From Candidatus Xenobia bacterium (GTDB lineage: Bacteria; Vulcanimicrobiota; Xenobia; Xenobiales; QWHO01), in assembly GCA_045863235.1 (NCBI GenBank), contig BTUM01000041.1, forward strand, positions 1-64,000: a stretch of 64,000 bases of DNA, given 5' to 3'. Made by a program: the position numbers and the translations under genes. The notes beneath the pieces are model-generated. The model had not been told where the DNA came from and searched no databases. It saw only the letters and a program-made list of their open reading frames with translations. Each line of letters opens with the position of its first letter. Within the stretch, counting starts at the first letter, position 1. This document shows positions 10,001-18,554 of the stretch, piece after piece.

Positions 10001-10257
10001 TCGCCCTGGCCCAGCCCGGCGAGGACGGGATCCCCACCGTTTACTACGGTGTGCTGGACCTGGCCCTCAGGCAGCGTGAGGGCTGGGACGTGATCGATTA
10101 CAAGACCGACCGGAAAGCCCTGGACGAACTGGTCGAGCGCTACGCCGGCCAGGTGCTGACCTACGCCGAGCTGTGGCGCCACCTGACTGGCGATCCAGTG
10201 CGCTACGCGGGGCTCTTCGGGGTGCGCGAGGGCCGGCTCAGCCAGGATCTGCGCTAA
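7093..10257 (+). CDS. addA: AddA/RecB-like UvrD helicase with C-terminal PD-(D/E)xK nuclease
   Basis: Motifs AAAGSGKT, TFTRKAA, TIHSFC, VDEFQDT, VGDPKQSIYRFRRAD, HQAKGLE, LYVAATRA and the nuclease motif GVLDL...IDYKT. Confidence 0.9.
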   Translation: MLADSHSRQQIETSLEQNLLVEAAAGSGKTESLARRMAHGIISGRYRVQEIAAVTFTRKAAGNLRDRFQSVLERRLPGLSDQHERERVETALSHLESLFAGTIHSFCARLLRERPVEAGVSPGFEELDEAADAELIGRVWRRLLDDWKLAQSPHLAALRECGLSPAQLREGLLRISANSDAVFPAGQAERPQLEPARTALLAFAADLCGLIGPKARYRECEVLPRAMAFRGRLERSGKLEDPAELAALLGMWERFTQKFFAPQEWDAPQIALRELRPRVFTLIEELQPVLSEWLAAWRAYVYGHLIPILVEARDRAQRLRREQALLNYQDLLLYAARLLREHPEVRRALQEKFRWLLVDEFQDTDPLQAEILFWLAAENDAPDWHQVDLRPGALFIVGDPKQSIYRFRRADIDTYQTVRRRIAENGGQVLPLVTSFRSQPALLGWTNQVFSQLFGSGGPTQAAHQPLEPDPGRGAATEPVGVRTLVIPPVTNKFRVGEVEAQAIAAFIASEVSAGRRCWGDFLVLTRVKRPLQTIARALEAQGVPYEATGGSDFSDSESVKLLADLLAVLTDPEDSLRLVGLLRGPLFGLSDAELYLFRRAGGRFMLPEKAVEGDEPVAGALSFLVELRALTLSLPPVAAVERVLEKTGLLARAVTLTRGGAEAGRLWQALDLVRRAEQQGGALADGLRALQDALESHELESVALEAGKRNVVRIMNLHQAKGLEANVVFLAAPTSSSRFGVDTVIRRQGSEVVGFLEIKHRYQVLAHPERWAELQEAESVYLQAEDRRLLYVAATRAAELLVVSRFKEGRSPWGELEPFLEACLPLPASNPPPVPEPTLESLSAYPDESEYASRWQDLSRPAYRRRSVTAAMREGQSQALWAALDTPEQAGPDGGAAWGILIHRLLEHCMRHPEATTRDVARLARWLTHADPDLAGLVEEAVQAVETVRTSDFWRQAMQAGERLVEVPFALAQPGEDGIPTVYYGVLDLALRQREGWDVIDYKTDRKALDELVERYAGQVLTYAELWRHLTGDPVRYAGLFGVREGRLSQDLR

Positions 10258-10362
10258 GGCGCCGCGCGTTGGACACTTCAGAAATTGGCGCGGCGCCGAT
10301 CAACAGATTGTTTACACTCCCGCGCGTTCCAATTCTGAACAGGTCAACGCGCGGGAGTGTAG
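10255..10362 (+). repeat. 108-bp dispersed double-hairpin element, copy 1
   Basis: Near-identical to 30082-30189 and to the reverse complement of 37906-38013; overlaps the addA stop codon. Confidence 0.9.
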
Positions 10363-10445
10363 AGCGAAGCGCAGCGCGAAGAACTTGTTCTGAGCGGCCC
10401 CAGAGTGAAGGGCCCGACTTCTGCTCGCAGCGATCCTGAGTTGCT

Positions 10446-13400
10446 CTAGGCAGTTTCGGGGGCAACCACGACCCGGTTACGACCGCCCTCCTTGGCCTGG
10501 TACAGGGCCTCGTCGGCCCGGTTCAAGAGCCCCGCCAGGCCCTCTCCGAAGACCAGCTGAGCCACGCCCAGGCTCATCGTGACGCTCAGAGGGCCTGCCT
10601 CGCTGGGCACCTGGTTCTGGCCCACAGCCTGCCGCAGTCGCTCGGCCACCAGGGCCGCCCCGGCCAGGTCGGTCTCGGGCAGGAGAGCCACGAACTCCTC
10701 CCCGCCGTAACGACCGATGACGTCCAGGGTTCGCAGCGCCGTGCGGGCCCACTCGGCCACGGTGCGCAGCACCACGTCGCCCACCGCGTGGCCGAAGCGG
10801 TCGTTGAAGGTCTTGAAATGGTCGATGTCCATCATGATCGCCGACAGGGGCTTTGCATATCGACGCGCTCGGGCCAGCTCCACCTCGCCCTGGCTCAGGA
10901 TCTGACGGCGATTGCTGAGCCCGGTCAGTTCGTCGGTGGTGGCCAGCCGCTGCACTTCCCCGTAGAGACGGGCATTCTGCAGGGCGATCCCGGCCTGCTC
11001 GGCCCCGGCCAGCACCAGCGACTGCTCGTTGGGGCTGAAGGGGTGCACCTCGGTTCGCTCGAGCAAGAGCACCCCGATTCGCTCCTGATAGCCTTGCAGG
11101 GGCACGGCCAGGAGGGAGCGCGTGGCTGGATCCTGAGGAGAGGGATGCCGGAACAGCGGCTCGTGCACCAGGTCGGGCAGTTCCAGCAGTGCGCCCGAGA
11201 TCACCGTGTCGGACAAGAGCTCGCCGGCAGTCACAAGCGTGCGGGCCGAGAGCTCGGGGTAGCCCAGGCCGGTGAGCGGGACCAGCATCCGCTCGGGGGT
11301 CTCCGAAATGGTACCCTCCACCATGAGAGCCAGGGCCCGGTCGAAAGGAACCAGAGCCCGCACCGAATGCATGAAACGGCGCATGACCTCGATGCGATCC
11401 AGAGTCGAGCTGAGACCGTGGGAGATCTCGCGCAGGCAGTCAGCCAGCTCGCGCTGGCGACGCTCAGCTTCCAGGTTCATCTCCAGCTGCACGGCCCGGG
11501 CCGTGTCCAGGGCGATGGCGATGTGGCTGGCCATGGCGGCCAGAATGTGCCCGTCCTCCTCGGTGAAGATGCCGCGTGCCACGCGGTTGTCGAGGTAGAC
11601 CACGCCCATCACCTGGTCGCGCTGAATCAAGGGGGCAGCCATCATGCTCCGCAGGTCGTGGGCCACGGCGCTGGCCGAGCCGAGCACGGCCCGGTCCTCC
11701 GAGCCGGCCACCACCAGGGGCTCGCGGGTGGCCCGAACCTGCTCGACCATGGTCGTACTGTAGGTGGTCGAATGAGTCAGGTCGTTTCCCTGGGCGTTGC
11801 GGCCAGCCCTCAGCTCCAGGGCGGACTCGTTGTCCTTGCGAAGAAACAGAAAGGCGCGCTCGGCTCCGAAGACGCGGATGCTCTCGTCGAGCACCGCGCG
11901 CGCCTGCTGATGGGCGTCGAGCACCCGCGTGGAAGCCGAGGTCAGGCGCAACAGGGCATCGAGGTAGCGCTGGATCTTGACCCCCTCGGTCGTGCTGCCG
12001 TAAGTACGGAAGGAGAGGTTGGGACCCAGGTTGAGATAGGGCATCGTTTCGAGGTGAAACTCCAGGCTCAGGGAGCGAGCCCTACGTCTCCAGCCCATCT
12101 CCTGGGCCACCTGCAGGGCCAGGCGCGCCTCGCGCAAGGCAGTGCTGCTGCGACCCTGACTCTGAAGGATGCGGGCTCGTCCCGTGGCCACCTCCAGGCT
12201 GACGAAGGGGGCATCGAACTCGCGCGCCAGCGAGGAGGCCCGTCGCAGTAAGGGTACGGCCCGCTCTCCCTGACCCAGCTCATGGAGACAGGCGCCCGAG
12301 AGGGCCAGCCAGTGGCCCTTCAGCAAAGGTCCTCCGCCAGCGCTTCGCAGGTCGGCCAGAGCCCGCTCGAGTTGCTCCTGGCGCTCGAGCCGTTTCTGGG
12401 GAGGCGAGTGGCGCAGCTGCCCCAGCCTCACATGAGCGGCCACCACGTAGAATCCGCGCACGTGCAGAGGGGCCGCTTCGGGGAGAAAACCCAGGGAGGC
12501 GTGCTGGGCCAGCACCGCATCAAGCTCAGGGCCCAGATCATCTTGCTCGAGCAGAAAGAGAGCCCGATTTTGAAGCCACAGGCTCTGACGGTAGCGCTCG
12601 CGGGCATCCTCCTCGGCGATGGCTCGAAAGGCGTTGAGCGCTTCCAGCCCTTCGTCGGGGCGGCCGAGAAAGGCGCGCAGCGAACCGGCGAAGGGCAAGA
12701 GCACATGGCCGTGCAGCTCGCCCTCGCGGTTCCCCCGGGAACGCGCCAGGCCCCGCTCGACCCACTCCAGGGCTCGCTCGAGATAGCCCCGCATCAACAG
12801 ATTCCAGACCAGGTCGGTCACGGCGTTGAGATACTCGGCCGCGGTCAGCCAGCGGCCATGCTCTTGCAGGCAGTGGCGGATCAAGAGCTCGGCCTCGAGC
12901 GGCGCTCCCGCCCGCAATACAGCCATGGCCCGGAACAGGTGGGCCCGAGCCAGCACCACCGGGTCGTTGAGCTCCTCGGCCACCTTGAGCGCCTCGAGCG
13001 AATAGCGCTCGGCTCGCCGGGGCTGGCCCAGACTGGCGCAGATCAGAGCATGGCGGGCATAGCCCACGGCCAGCGCGGGACATTGCTTCAGACGTCGCGC
13101 CAGCTTCAGGGCCAGCGAGCCGACCTTGGAGAGCAGCTCGGGCTGGCTCTCGGTGTAAGCCACTTCAGCCAGGGCATCGCACAGCTCGAGCACCACTTTG
13201 CGCTCCTCATGCTCGAGCCCCACCACCTCCTGGCCCAGCACGACGCCCAGTTCCTGGAAACCCAGCTCGACCTGCTCGCGCACCTGGGTGGTGTCGAAGT
13301 TCATCAGATGAGCTCGGGCCATGCGGGCGCGCAACCTGGCCCGCTCCAGGGGCTCAGATTTAAGAGCGTGAGCGGCCTCAAAGTGACGCAAGCCCTCCGC

Positions 13401-15692
13401 GATGCGGCCGGTGGCCACCAGGGACGCTCCCAGAGCCGTCTCCAGCTCCTGATCGGGCTGAGCCATCCAGCGATGGGCCCGCAGCAAGAACTGGCGAGCC
13501 TCCTCGGGCGCGTACTGGTGCAGGGCGGTCAGGCCAGCCTGGCGATTGGCACGGGCCGCGGGCGCCGGGTCGACCTTCACCAGGCCGGCCGTGTAGTGGT
13601 GGGCCAGGGCATACTGCTGCTCGGGAGTCTCGACCCCGCGTCGCTCGAGAGCTTCCGCGATCCGCTGGTGAAGCCGGCGGCGCTCGGCCGGCTCCAGCGT
13701 GGAGAAGAACGCGTCGCGCACCTGCTCGTGCATGAATCGGTACCGTCCCGGGCCCACCTGCTCGACCAGGTTCACCCGCTCGAGCTCGCTCAGGGCGCGT
13801 TCCACCTCGCCCAGGGCCTGGCCGTTCGCCTCCGAGAGCAGGCTGAGCTCGAACTGCCCTTCCATGAGGGCCGCCACCTGAAGCACCGAGGAGGTGTGGG
13901 GCCCGAGCTCGCGCGAACGGCGCAGGACCAGCTGTACCAGGTCCTCGGGCAGATCGAGCTGCTCGAGCCGGTGGCCGTCAAAACGCCACTCTCCCCAGTA
14001 GGGTCGAAGCAGCCCTGCATCCAGCATCACCCGGACGTACTCCCCGGCCGCGAAAGGGCGTCCGTGGCTGCGACGGGCGATCTGATCGGCCACCTCGTCG
14101 TCCACCCGACCTCCCAGAAGCTCCCCTACCAGGCGCCGCACGGCTTCATTCTCCAGCGGAGCCAGAGGCACGCGCACGGGAGGTGCCGCCAGCGGGTGGA
14201 CAACCCGCGTCACCGCCTCCTGGTACTCGGTCTCGCAGCGAGCCGCCAGCACGACCAGCACCGGATAACGGGCCAGCCGGCGCGAGAGTCCGACCACCAC
14301 GTCGCGGGTCGCCTCGTCGAGCCACTGCACGTCATCGAGGAAGAGCACCGCCGGCCCTTGCAGCCGCCCCAGCTCCAGCAAGAAGTGAGCCAGGGCCTGG
14401 TAAAACTGATCCTGGGGCAGCGAGAGGGGGGCCGGTCGGGCGTCCGGGCACAGGACCTGTAAGGCCGGCACAAAGCGTTGCAGCAGGGGGGCAAAGTCGC
14501 CGGCCGCCTGGCGCACGCCCTCTTCCAACGGCAGCCGTTTTTCGGCCGGGCGGCGCCGCAGACCCTCGAGATACGCTTCCAGAGCTCGCTTGAGCGAAAT
14601 GAAGGGGAGGCCGTCTTGCCGCGAGCACTTGCCCGCGAGGACCAGACCGCGCTGCTGGCGCACCCGGTGCAGCAACTCGGCCACCAGCCGGCTCTTGCCG
14701 CTGCCGGCTTCGCCCTCGACCAGCACCACGCTGCCCCGACCTCGGGCAGCCTCGGCCCAGCGAGCGAGCAACTCTTCCAACTCGAGATCGCGCCCCCACA
14801 GGGCGGTGCGAAAGATGGTGGGGGCGGTGTCATCGGGCCCGAGCTCGAGAGGAAGGCCCCGCGCGGCTCGCAGGTTCAGCTCGTCCAGCCGGTCAAGATC
14901 CCCGATCAGGGCCTCGGCGCTCGAGTAGCGGTCGTCCGGGTCCTTGGCCAGCAGTTTGAGGATGACCGCCTCCAGGGCGGGCGAAAGCTCGGGTCGTAAC
15001 TGGCGAGGATTCACAGGCTGGGCGCTGGCGTGCATGCGAATGAGCTCGCCGGCATCGGCGGCCTGGAAGGGCGGGCGTCCGGTGGCCATCTCGTAGAGCA
15101 CGACCCCCAGCGAGTAAAGATCGGAGGGAGCGCGCACCGGGCGCTCGAGCATTCCGGTCTGCTCGGGAGAGCTGTAGAGGAAAGTGCCCACCACCACCCG
15201 TGAGTCCTGATCCTGGTCGGCCCGGGTGGCCAGGCTGAAGTCGGTCAGCTTCAGCCCCCCCGCCTCATCGAGCATGATGTTGCCCGGCTTCACATCCCGG
15301 TGGATGATGCCCCGCCGGTGCACTTCCACCAGCACCGAAGCCACCTGGCGTGCCGATTCCACCACCCGAGCCTCGTCGAACGGACCCTGCTCGAGCACGC
15401 GCTGCAGCGGGGTTCCCTGGATGAAGTCCATGATGAGGTAGGGCCGATCCTGCACGGCTCCCACCTCGTGGATGGCCGTCAGACCGGGGTGGGAAACACA
15501 AGCCAGAGCAGCCGCTTCACGCAAGAAGCTGACTAGTTCGCTGGCGGCTTCCTCGGGCCGCACCTCGCGACGCACTTTCAGCGCGTAAGTACGACCCTGC
15601 CGAACGGCTCGATAGACGATGCTGTAAGCGCCGCGCCCGATCTCCTCCCCAATCTCGAGCCCTGGAAGCGACAGGCGGTCGGATGAGAGCAC
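10446..15692 (-). CDS. Ser/Thr kinase - AAA ATPase - TPR-like - GAF - GAF - GGDEF diguanylate cyclase
   Basis: Motifs IGRGAYSIVY, HRDVKPGN, Walker A GEAGSGKS, LFLDDVQW, two GAF-like segments and GRYGGEEF. GTG start at 15692 is estimated. Confidence 0.9.
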   Translation of the reverse strand: MLSSDRLSLPGLEIGEEIGRGAYSIVYRAVRQGRTYALKVRREVRPEEAASELVSFLREAAALACVSHPGLTAIHEVGAVQDRPYLIMDFIQGTPLQRVLEQGPFDEARVVESARQVASVLVEVHRRGIIHRDVKPGNIMLDEAGGLKLTDFSLATRADQDQDSRVVVGTFLYSSPEQTGMLERPVRAPSDLYSLGVVLYEMATGRPPFQAADAGELIRMHASAQPVNPRQLRPELSPALEAVILKLLAKDPDDRYSSAEALIGDLDRLDELNLRAARGLPLELGPDDTAPTIFRTALWGRDLELEELLARWAEAARGRGSVVLVEGEAGSGKSRLVAELLHRVRQQRGLVLAGKCSRQDGLPFISLKRALEAYLEGLRRRPAEKRLPLEEGVRQAAGDFAPLLQRFVPALQVLCPDARPAPLSLPQDQFYQALAHFLLELGRLQGPAVLFLDDVQWLDEATRDVVVGLSRRLARYPVLVVLAARCETEYQEAVTRVVHPLAAPPVRVPLAPLENEAVRRLVGELLGGRVDDEVADQIARRSHGRPFAAGEYVRVMLDAGLLRPYWGEWRFDGHRLEQLDLPEDLVQLVLRRSRELGPHTSSVLQVAALMEGQFELSLLSEANGQALGEVERALSELERVNLVEQVGPGRYRFMHEQVRDAFFSTLEPAERRRLHQRIAEALERRGVETPEQQYALAHHYTAGLVKVDPAPAARANRQAGLTALHQYAPEEARQFLLRAHRWMAQPDQELETALGASLVATGRIAEGLRHFEAAHALKSEPLERARLRARMARAHLMNFDTTQVREQVELGFQELGVVLGQEVVGLEHEERKVVLELCDALAEVAYTESQPELLSKVGSLALKLARRLKQCPALAVGYARHALICASLGQPRRAERYSLEALKVAEELNDPVVLARAHLFRAMAVLRAGAPLEAELLIRHCLQEHGRWLTAAEYLNAVTDLVWNLLMRGYLERALEWVERGLARSRGNREGELHGHVLLPFAGSLRAFLGRPDEGLEALNAFRAIAEEDARERYRQSLWLQNRALFLLEQDDLGPELDAVLAQHASLGFLPEAAPLHVRGFYVVAAHVRLGQLRHSPPQKRLERQEQLERALADLRSAGGGPLLKGHWLALSGACLHELGQGERAVPLLRRASSLAREFDAPFVSLEVATGRARILQSQGRSSTALREARLALQVAQEMGWRRRARSLSLEFHLETMPYLNLGPNLSFRTYGSTTEGVKIQRYLDALLRLTSASTRVLDAHQQARAVLDESIRVFGAERAFLFLRKDNESALELRAGRNAQGNDLTHSTTYSTTMVEQVRATREPLVVAGSEDRAVLGSASAVAHDLRSMMAAPLIQRDQVMGVVYLDNRVARGIFTEEDGHILAAMASHIAIALDTARAVQLEMNLEAERRQRELADCLREISHGLSSTLDRIEVMRRFMHSVRALVPFDRALALMVEGTISETPERMLVPLTGLGYPELSARTLVTAGELLSDTVISGALLELPDLVHEPLFRHPSPQDPATRSLLAVPLQGYQERIGVLLLERTEVHPFSPNEQSLVLAGAEQAGIALQNARLYGEVQRLATTDELTGLSNRRQILSQGEVELARARRYAKPLSAIMMDIDHFKTFNDRFGHAVGDVVLRTVAEWARTALRTLDVIGRYGGEEFVALLPETDLAGAALVAERLRQAVGQNQVPSEAGPLSVTMSLGVAQLVFGEGLAGLLNRADEALYQAKEGGRNRVVVAPETA

Positions 15693-15761
15693 GAATTTTG
15701 CTTCGCCCTGGCTCGAAGGTCGCCTCCTGCGGTGGAGCGAACGCTGCCCCTCGAAGTGGAC

Positions 15762-16064
15762 ATGCAAGAGTGGATGATCCCGCTGCTGACCCAAATGGGA
15801 GGCGGTGCCATCGCAGGCCTGGCCGTCGGTTACGCCTTCAAGAAGACCACGAAGTTGGCTCTGCTCACACTCGGGGTGGTGCTGATCCTGCTCTACCTCT
15901 TGATGCAGGGTGGCTACATCACCGTCAAATGGCACGCCGTTAGCGACGGCATCGAGACCGGAGCCCGCACCATCTCAAGCTGGGTCTGGGAGATGACCCG
16001 CGAGTTGAGCGCTTCCCTGGTGGGCTTTACCGGTGGATTCCTGTTGGGCATGAAGATCGGGTAA
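15762..16064 (+). CDS. FUN14-family small membrane protein
   Basis: GGGAIAGLAVGYAFKK...LMQGGYITVKW and C-terminal GFTGGFLLG. Confidence 0.8.
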   Translation: MQEWMIPLLTQMGGGAIAGLAVGYAFKKTTKLALLTLGVVLILLYLLMQGGYITVKWHAVSDGIETGARTISSWVWEMTRELSASLVGFTGGFLLGMKIG

Positions 16065-16109
16065 CAAACCGGCAACCCTCTCGGTCACCCCTCGGATTAA
16101 GCTGCGCCC

Positions 16110-16592
16110 ATGCTGAGCAGCGTGCGCAACTTTCTGAACACTCACATCGGGGCTTCCAGCCAGGACTATCAGCGTTCCGGGCCCTCATCCGGACAGGTCG
16201 CCGCCGGGGCAGCCATCGGCGGAGGGCTCCTGGGGATGGGCGTGGGCGCGGCCATCGGCGCCTCCCGCCAGGCCGCCGACGTGGTCACCGTCGAGCAGGT
16301 ACCCTACCCAGAAAGCTATCGCGAGGCGGTGGGCACCCGCACCTCGATGGGTTGCTTCGAGTATCACTACAACTTTGGCAGCGGGGAGTACGAGTATGGC
16401 TACAACCCGCTGTGTGTCGAGACGGTGACCGACTACGAGACGCGCTACACCGGTCGCACGCTCTATAAGGAAGTGCACCACCACAGCGTGGGCTTCCCCA
16501 ACACGATGCTGCAGGGGGCTCTGGTGGGACTGGGTCTGGGCGTGGCCACCGGCGTGGCCGGAGCAGTGCTCTACAACGCGCTCAAGAAGTAG
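16110..16592 (+). CDS. hypothetical protein with two glycine-zipper hydrophobic segments
   Basis: Clean ORF; GAAIGGGLLGMGVGAAIG and GALVGLGLGVATGVAG flank a Tyr-rich loop with two Cys. Confidence 0.75.
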   Translation: MLSSVRNFLNTHIGASSQDYQRSGPSSGQVAAGAAIGGGLLGMGVGAAIGASRQAADVVTVEQVPYPESYREAVGTRTSMGCFEYHYNFGSGEYEYGYNPLCVETVTDYETRYTGRTLYKEVHHHSVGFPNTMLQGALVGLGLGVATGVAGAVLYNALKK

Positions 16593-16604
16593 CCAAGACC
16601 TTAG

Positions 16605-16958
16605 TTAGAGACCCAGGCGGTCCTTGCGGCCCTGGTAGATGCGTTGCTCGTCGAGCCAGGCTTCCTTGGACCGCTCCATGAGCGGGATCCGAGAGCTCCA
16701 GAAGAGGTAAGCCAGAAAGACCCCGATGGAGGGCTGCCAGAAGGGATAGTCCATGTGGTCTTTCTTGATCGTCATGTAGATAACCGCCGCGCCCGCGGCC
16801 AACCCCAGCCAGCGCGAGATCTTGTAGCCGTTGTAAGCCGGACGACCGGCGGCCTTGTTCATCATCCAGCCCACGATGACAGGCGGTATCCCCGCCACGA
16901 TGCAGTAAATGAAGGGCAGAGTGATGTTCTCTACCAGAAGCTTGAATGCCGGATCCAC
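16605..16958 (-). CDS. small membrane protein
   Basis: Three hydrophobic segments; coding-like composition. Confidence 0.7.
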   Translation of the reverse strand: MDPAFKLLVENITLPFIYCIVAGIPPVIVGWMMNKAAGRPAYNGYKISRWLGLAAGAAVIYMTIKKDHMDYPFWQPSIGVFLAYLFWSSRIPLMERSKEAWLDEQRIYQGRKDRLGL

Positions 16959-17008
16959 GTGAAGGAGATTCCAGGTTGGACCCGGACCTCCCTTCAGGCC
17001 CTACCCGA

Positions 17009-17266
17009 TCACCCGCAAGCGCGATCCGGGGCCGGCAGCGAAGGCAGCTCGAGCTGTCGCAACGAGAAGATGTCGCCCTGGGCCTGATTGAAGTAGCCCT
17101 GCAGATTGGCCATGTGCTCGGGGCTGGGGGCCTGGATGAGGCTGGTATCCACCTCGCGCATCGGCCCGAGCCGGTCGGCCCGGGCCAGCAGCTGGGCGAG
17201 TTGACTGGGGAGAAGAGCCGAGCGGTCGTGAATCTCCATGGTTGGTAGATTCTCCACCGAGATCAT
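17009..17266 (-). CDS. small hypothetical protein
   Basis: Short ORF following 17274..17735 on the same strand with a 7-nt gap. Confidence 0.5.
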   Translation of the reverse strand: MISVENLPTMEIHDRSALLPSQLAQLLARADRLGPMREVDTSLIQAPSPEHMANLQGYFNQAQGDIFSLRQLELPSLPAPDRACG

Positions 17267-17273
17267 TTTTCCC

Positions 17274-17735
17274 TCAACGAACCGGGGTGGCCGATTCGAT
17301 CACCGAGTTGGCCCAGGTGGCCAGCTTGGCGTCGGCCCCGGCCCGAACCTCGGAGGCTGCCAGCAAGAACCCACCCGGGTGAGGGCGCAGCAGGTAGCTG
17401 CCGGTCCAGCTCGCTCCACCCTCTTGAAAGCGAGCCAGCACCAGCAAACGGTCGGACGTGGCCAGAATCTCCTCCAGAACCTCGAGGCCGGAACGACTGG
17501 CGGCAAAGGCCTTCCAGGCCTCCCGAGCATCCTTGCCTGTCACCACCTGGAATTGGGCCCGCGCACCTCGGCCCGGCTCCACCACCAGGAGCCGGCCATC
17601 AGCGTCCTCGATCGACCAGCCCGGGGGCTGACGCACCAGCAAACCAAGCTTGGAGCTGGTGTAAAACGGCGAGTCCGCCACCACCAGAGCCGCCAAGAGC
17701 ACAACCAGCAGACCACTACGGTAAAGCGTTAACAC
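17274..17735 (-). CDS. putative exported protein
   Basis: Hydrophobic signal-like N-terminus (GLLVVLLAALVVA) followed by a soluble domain. Confidence 0.6.
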   Translation of the reverse strand: MLTLYRSGLLVVLLAALVVADSPFYTSSKLGLLVRQPPGWSIEDADGRLLVVEPGRGARAQFQVVTGKDAREAWKAFAASRSGLEVLEEILATSDRLLVLARFQEGGASWTGSYLLRPHPGGFLLAASEVRAGADAKLATWANSVIESATPVR

Positions 17736-17798
17736 AATCGCAATGCCTTCCTTCCTGTTCCTCCGGTATAACAGAGACCGGAGTCATCAGGGAAGACC

Positions 17799-18554
17799 AT
17801 GTTGATCCAAACCGCAAATACCACCTGGCGCCCTCAGCCGCAGCAAGCCGCGGCTCAGAAGGCTGCGCCCGCGCAGGAAGCCCCCTCCGAGCAGGCTGCA
17901 CCGGCAGAAAAGGTGGTGGTCAACGAGCACCTGACCACCGACAACGCCTACTCCTTCTACGTCAACGGCGAGCGCAAGATGATCCTGAAGGGCCAGCGCG
18001 AGAGCCTGAGCTCCAAGGTGATCCGCCAGACCCGCAACTTGATGAGCGCCGCCGGCAGCGAACTGGGAGCGCTGGCTTCCTCCAACCCGGCCATGGCCTT
18101 CAACACGACCATGGAAGCCATTCGCCCGGTGGTGATGGATGGTATCCCGAGCCAGTTCCACGGCCCAACCCAGGAGATCTTGCTGCCGGTCCAGCGCGGC
18201 GTGCTCGTCCTGTTTGACGCCTACAAGGCCTACGAGCGCTGGAAGCAGAATCGAGTGCTGGGCGACGACGCTGGCGCGCTGGACCAGATTGGCATGCTGG
18301 TGGATGGCGCCCACGTGGCTACATCCGCCGTCGGGCTGCTGGGCTCCATCGGACGCTACATCCCCGCCGTGGCGGCCATCTCGGCCATCGGCCTGACCAT
18401 CGCCATCGCCGGTGACATGGCAGCCTACTCGTTCAACCTGGTGGAGTACATCAACAAGCGCGGCAAAGGCGCTCCGCCCGTTCCTACCCCCACCCCTCCC
18501 CCGACTGCTCCGGCCCCGCCTCCCACTCCGGCTCCTCCGCCGACCAACCCGTAG
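17799..18554 (+). CDS. hypothetical protein with Q/A/P-rich leader, hydrophobic hairpin and Pro-rich tail
   Basis: Strongly coding-like ORF; TATAAC upstream. Confidence 0.75.
   Translation: MLIQTANTTWRPQPQQAAAQKAAPAQEAPSEQAAPAEKVVVNEHLTTDNAYSFYVNGERKMILKGQRESLSSKVIRQTRNLMSAAGSELGALASSNPAMAFNTTMEAIRPVVMDGIPSQFHGPTQEILLPVQRGVLVLFDAYKAYERWKQNRVLGDDAGALDQIGMLVDGAHVATSAVGLLGSIGRYIPAVAAISAIGLTIAIAGDMAAYSFNLVEYINKRGKGAPPVPTPTPPPTAPAPPPTPAPPPTNP

Noticed and set aside
7300..10182. Long antisense ORFs (also 334..2658, 5700..7217, 12282..14462, 42494..45160, 49003..50922, 51166..53343)
   Set aside because: Shadow frames opposite well-supported genes, typical of high-GC codon bias, with no recognisable motifs.
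10255..10362. Integron attC site, tRNA or intrinsic terminator as the identity of the 108-bp element
   Set aside because: No RYYYAAC/GTTRRRY ends with cassette organisation, no cloverleaf or T-loop, no U-tract, and placement is independent of gene orientation.
15693..15935. N-terminal extension of the kinase-GGDEF ORF
   Set aside because: It overlaps the divergent FUN14-family gene; kinase similarity starts near 15692.
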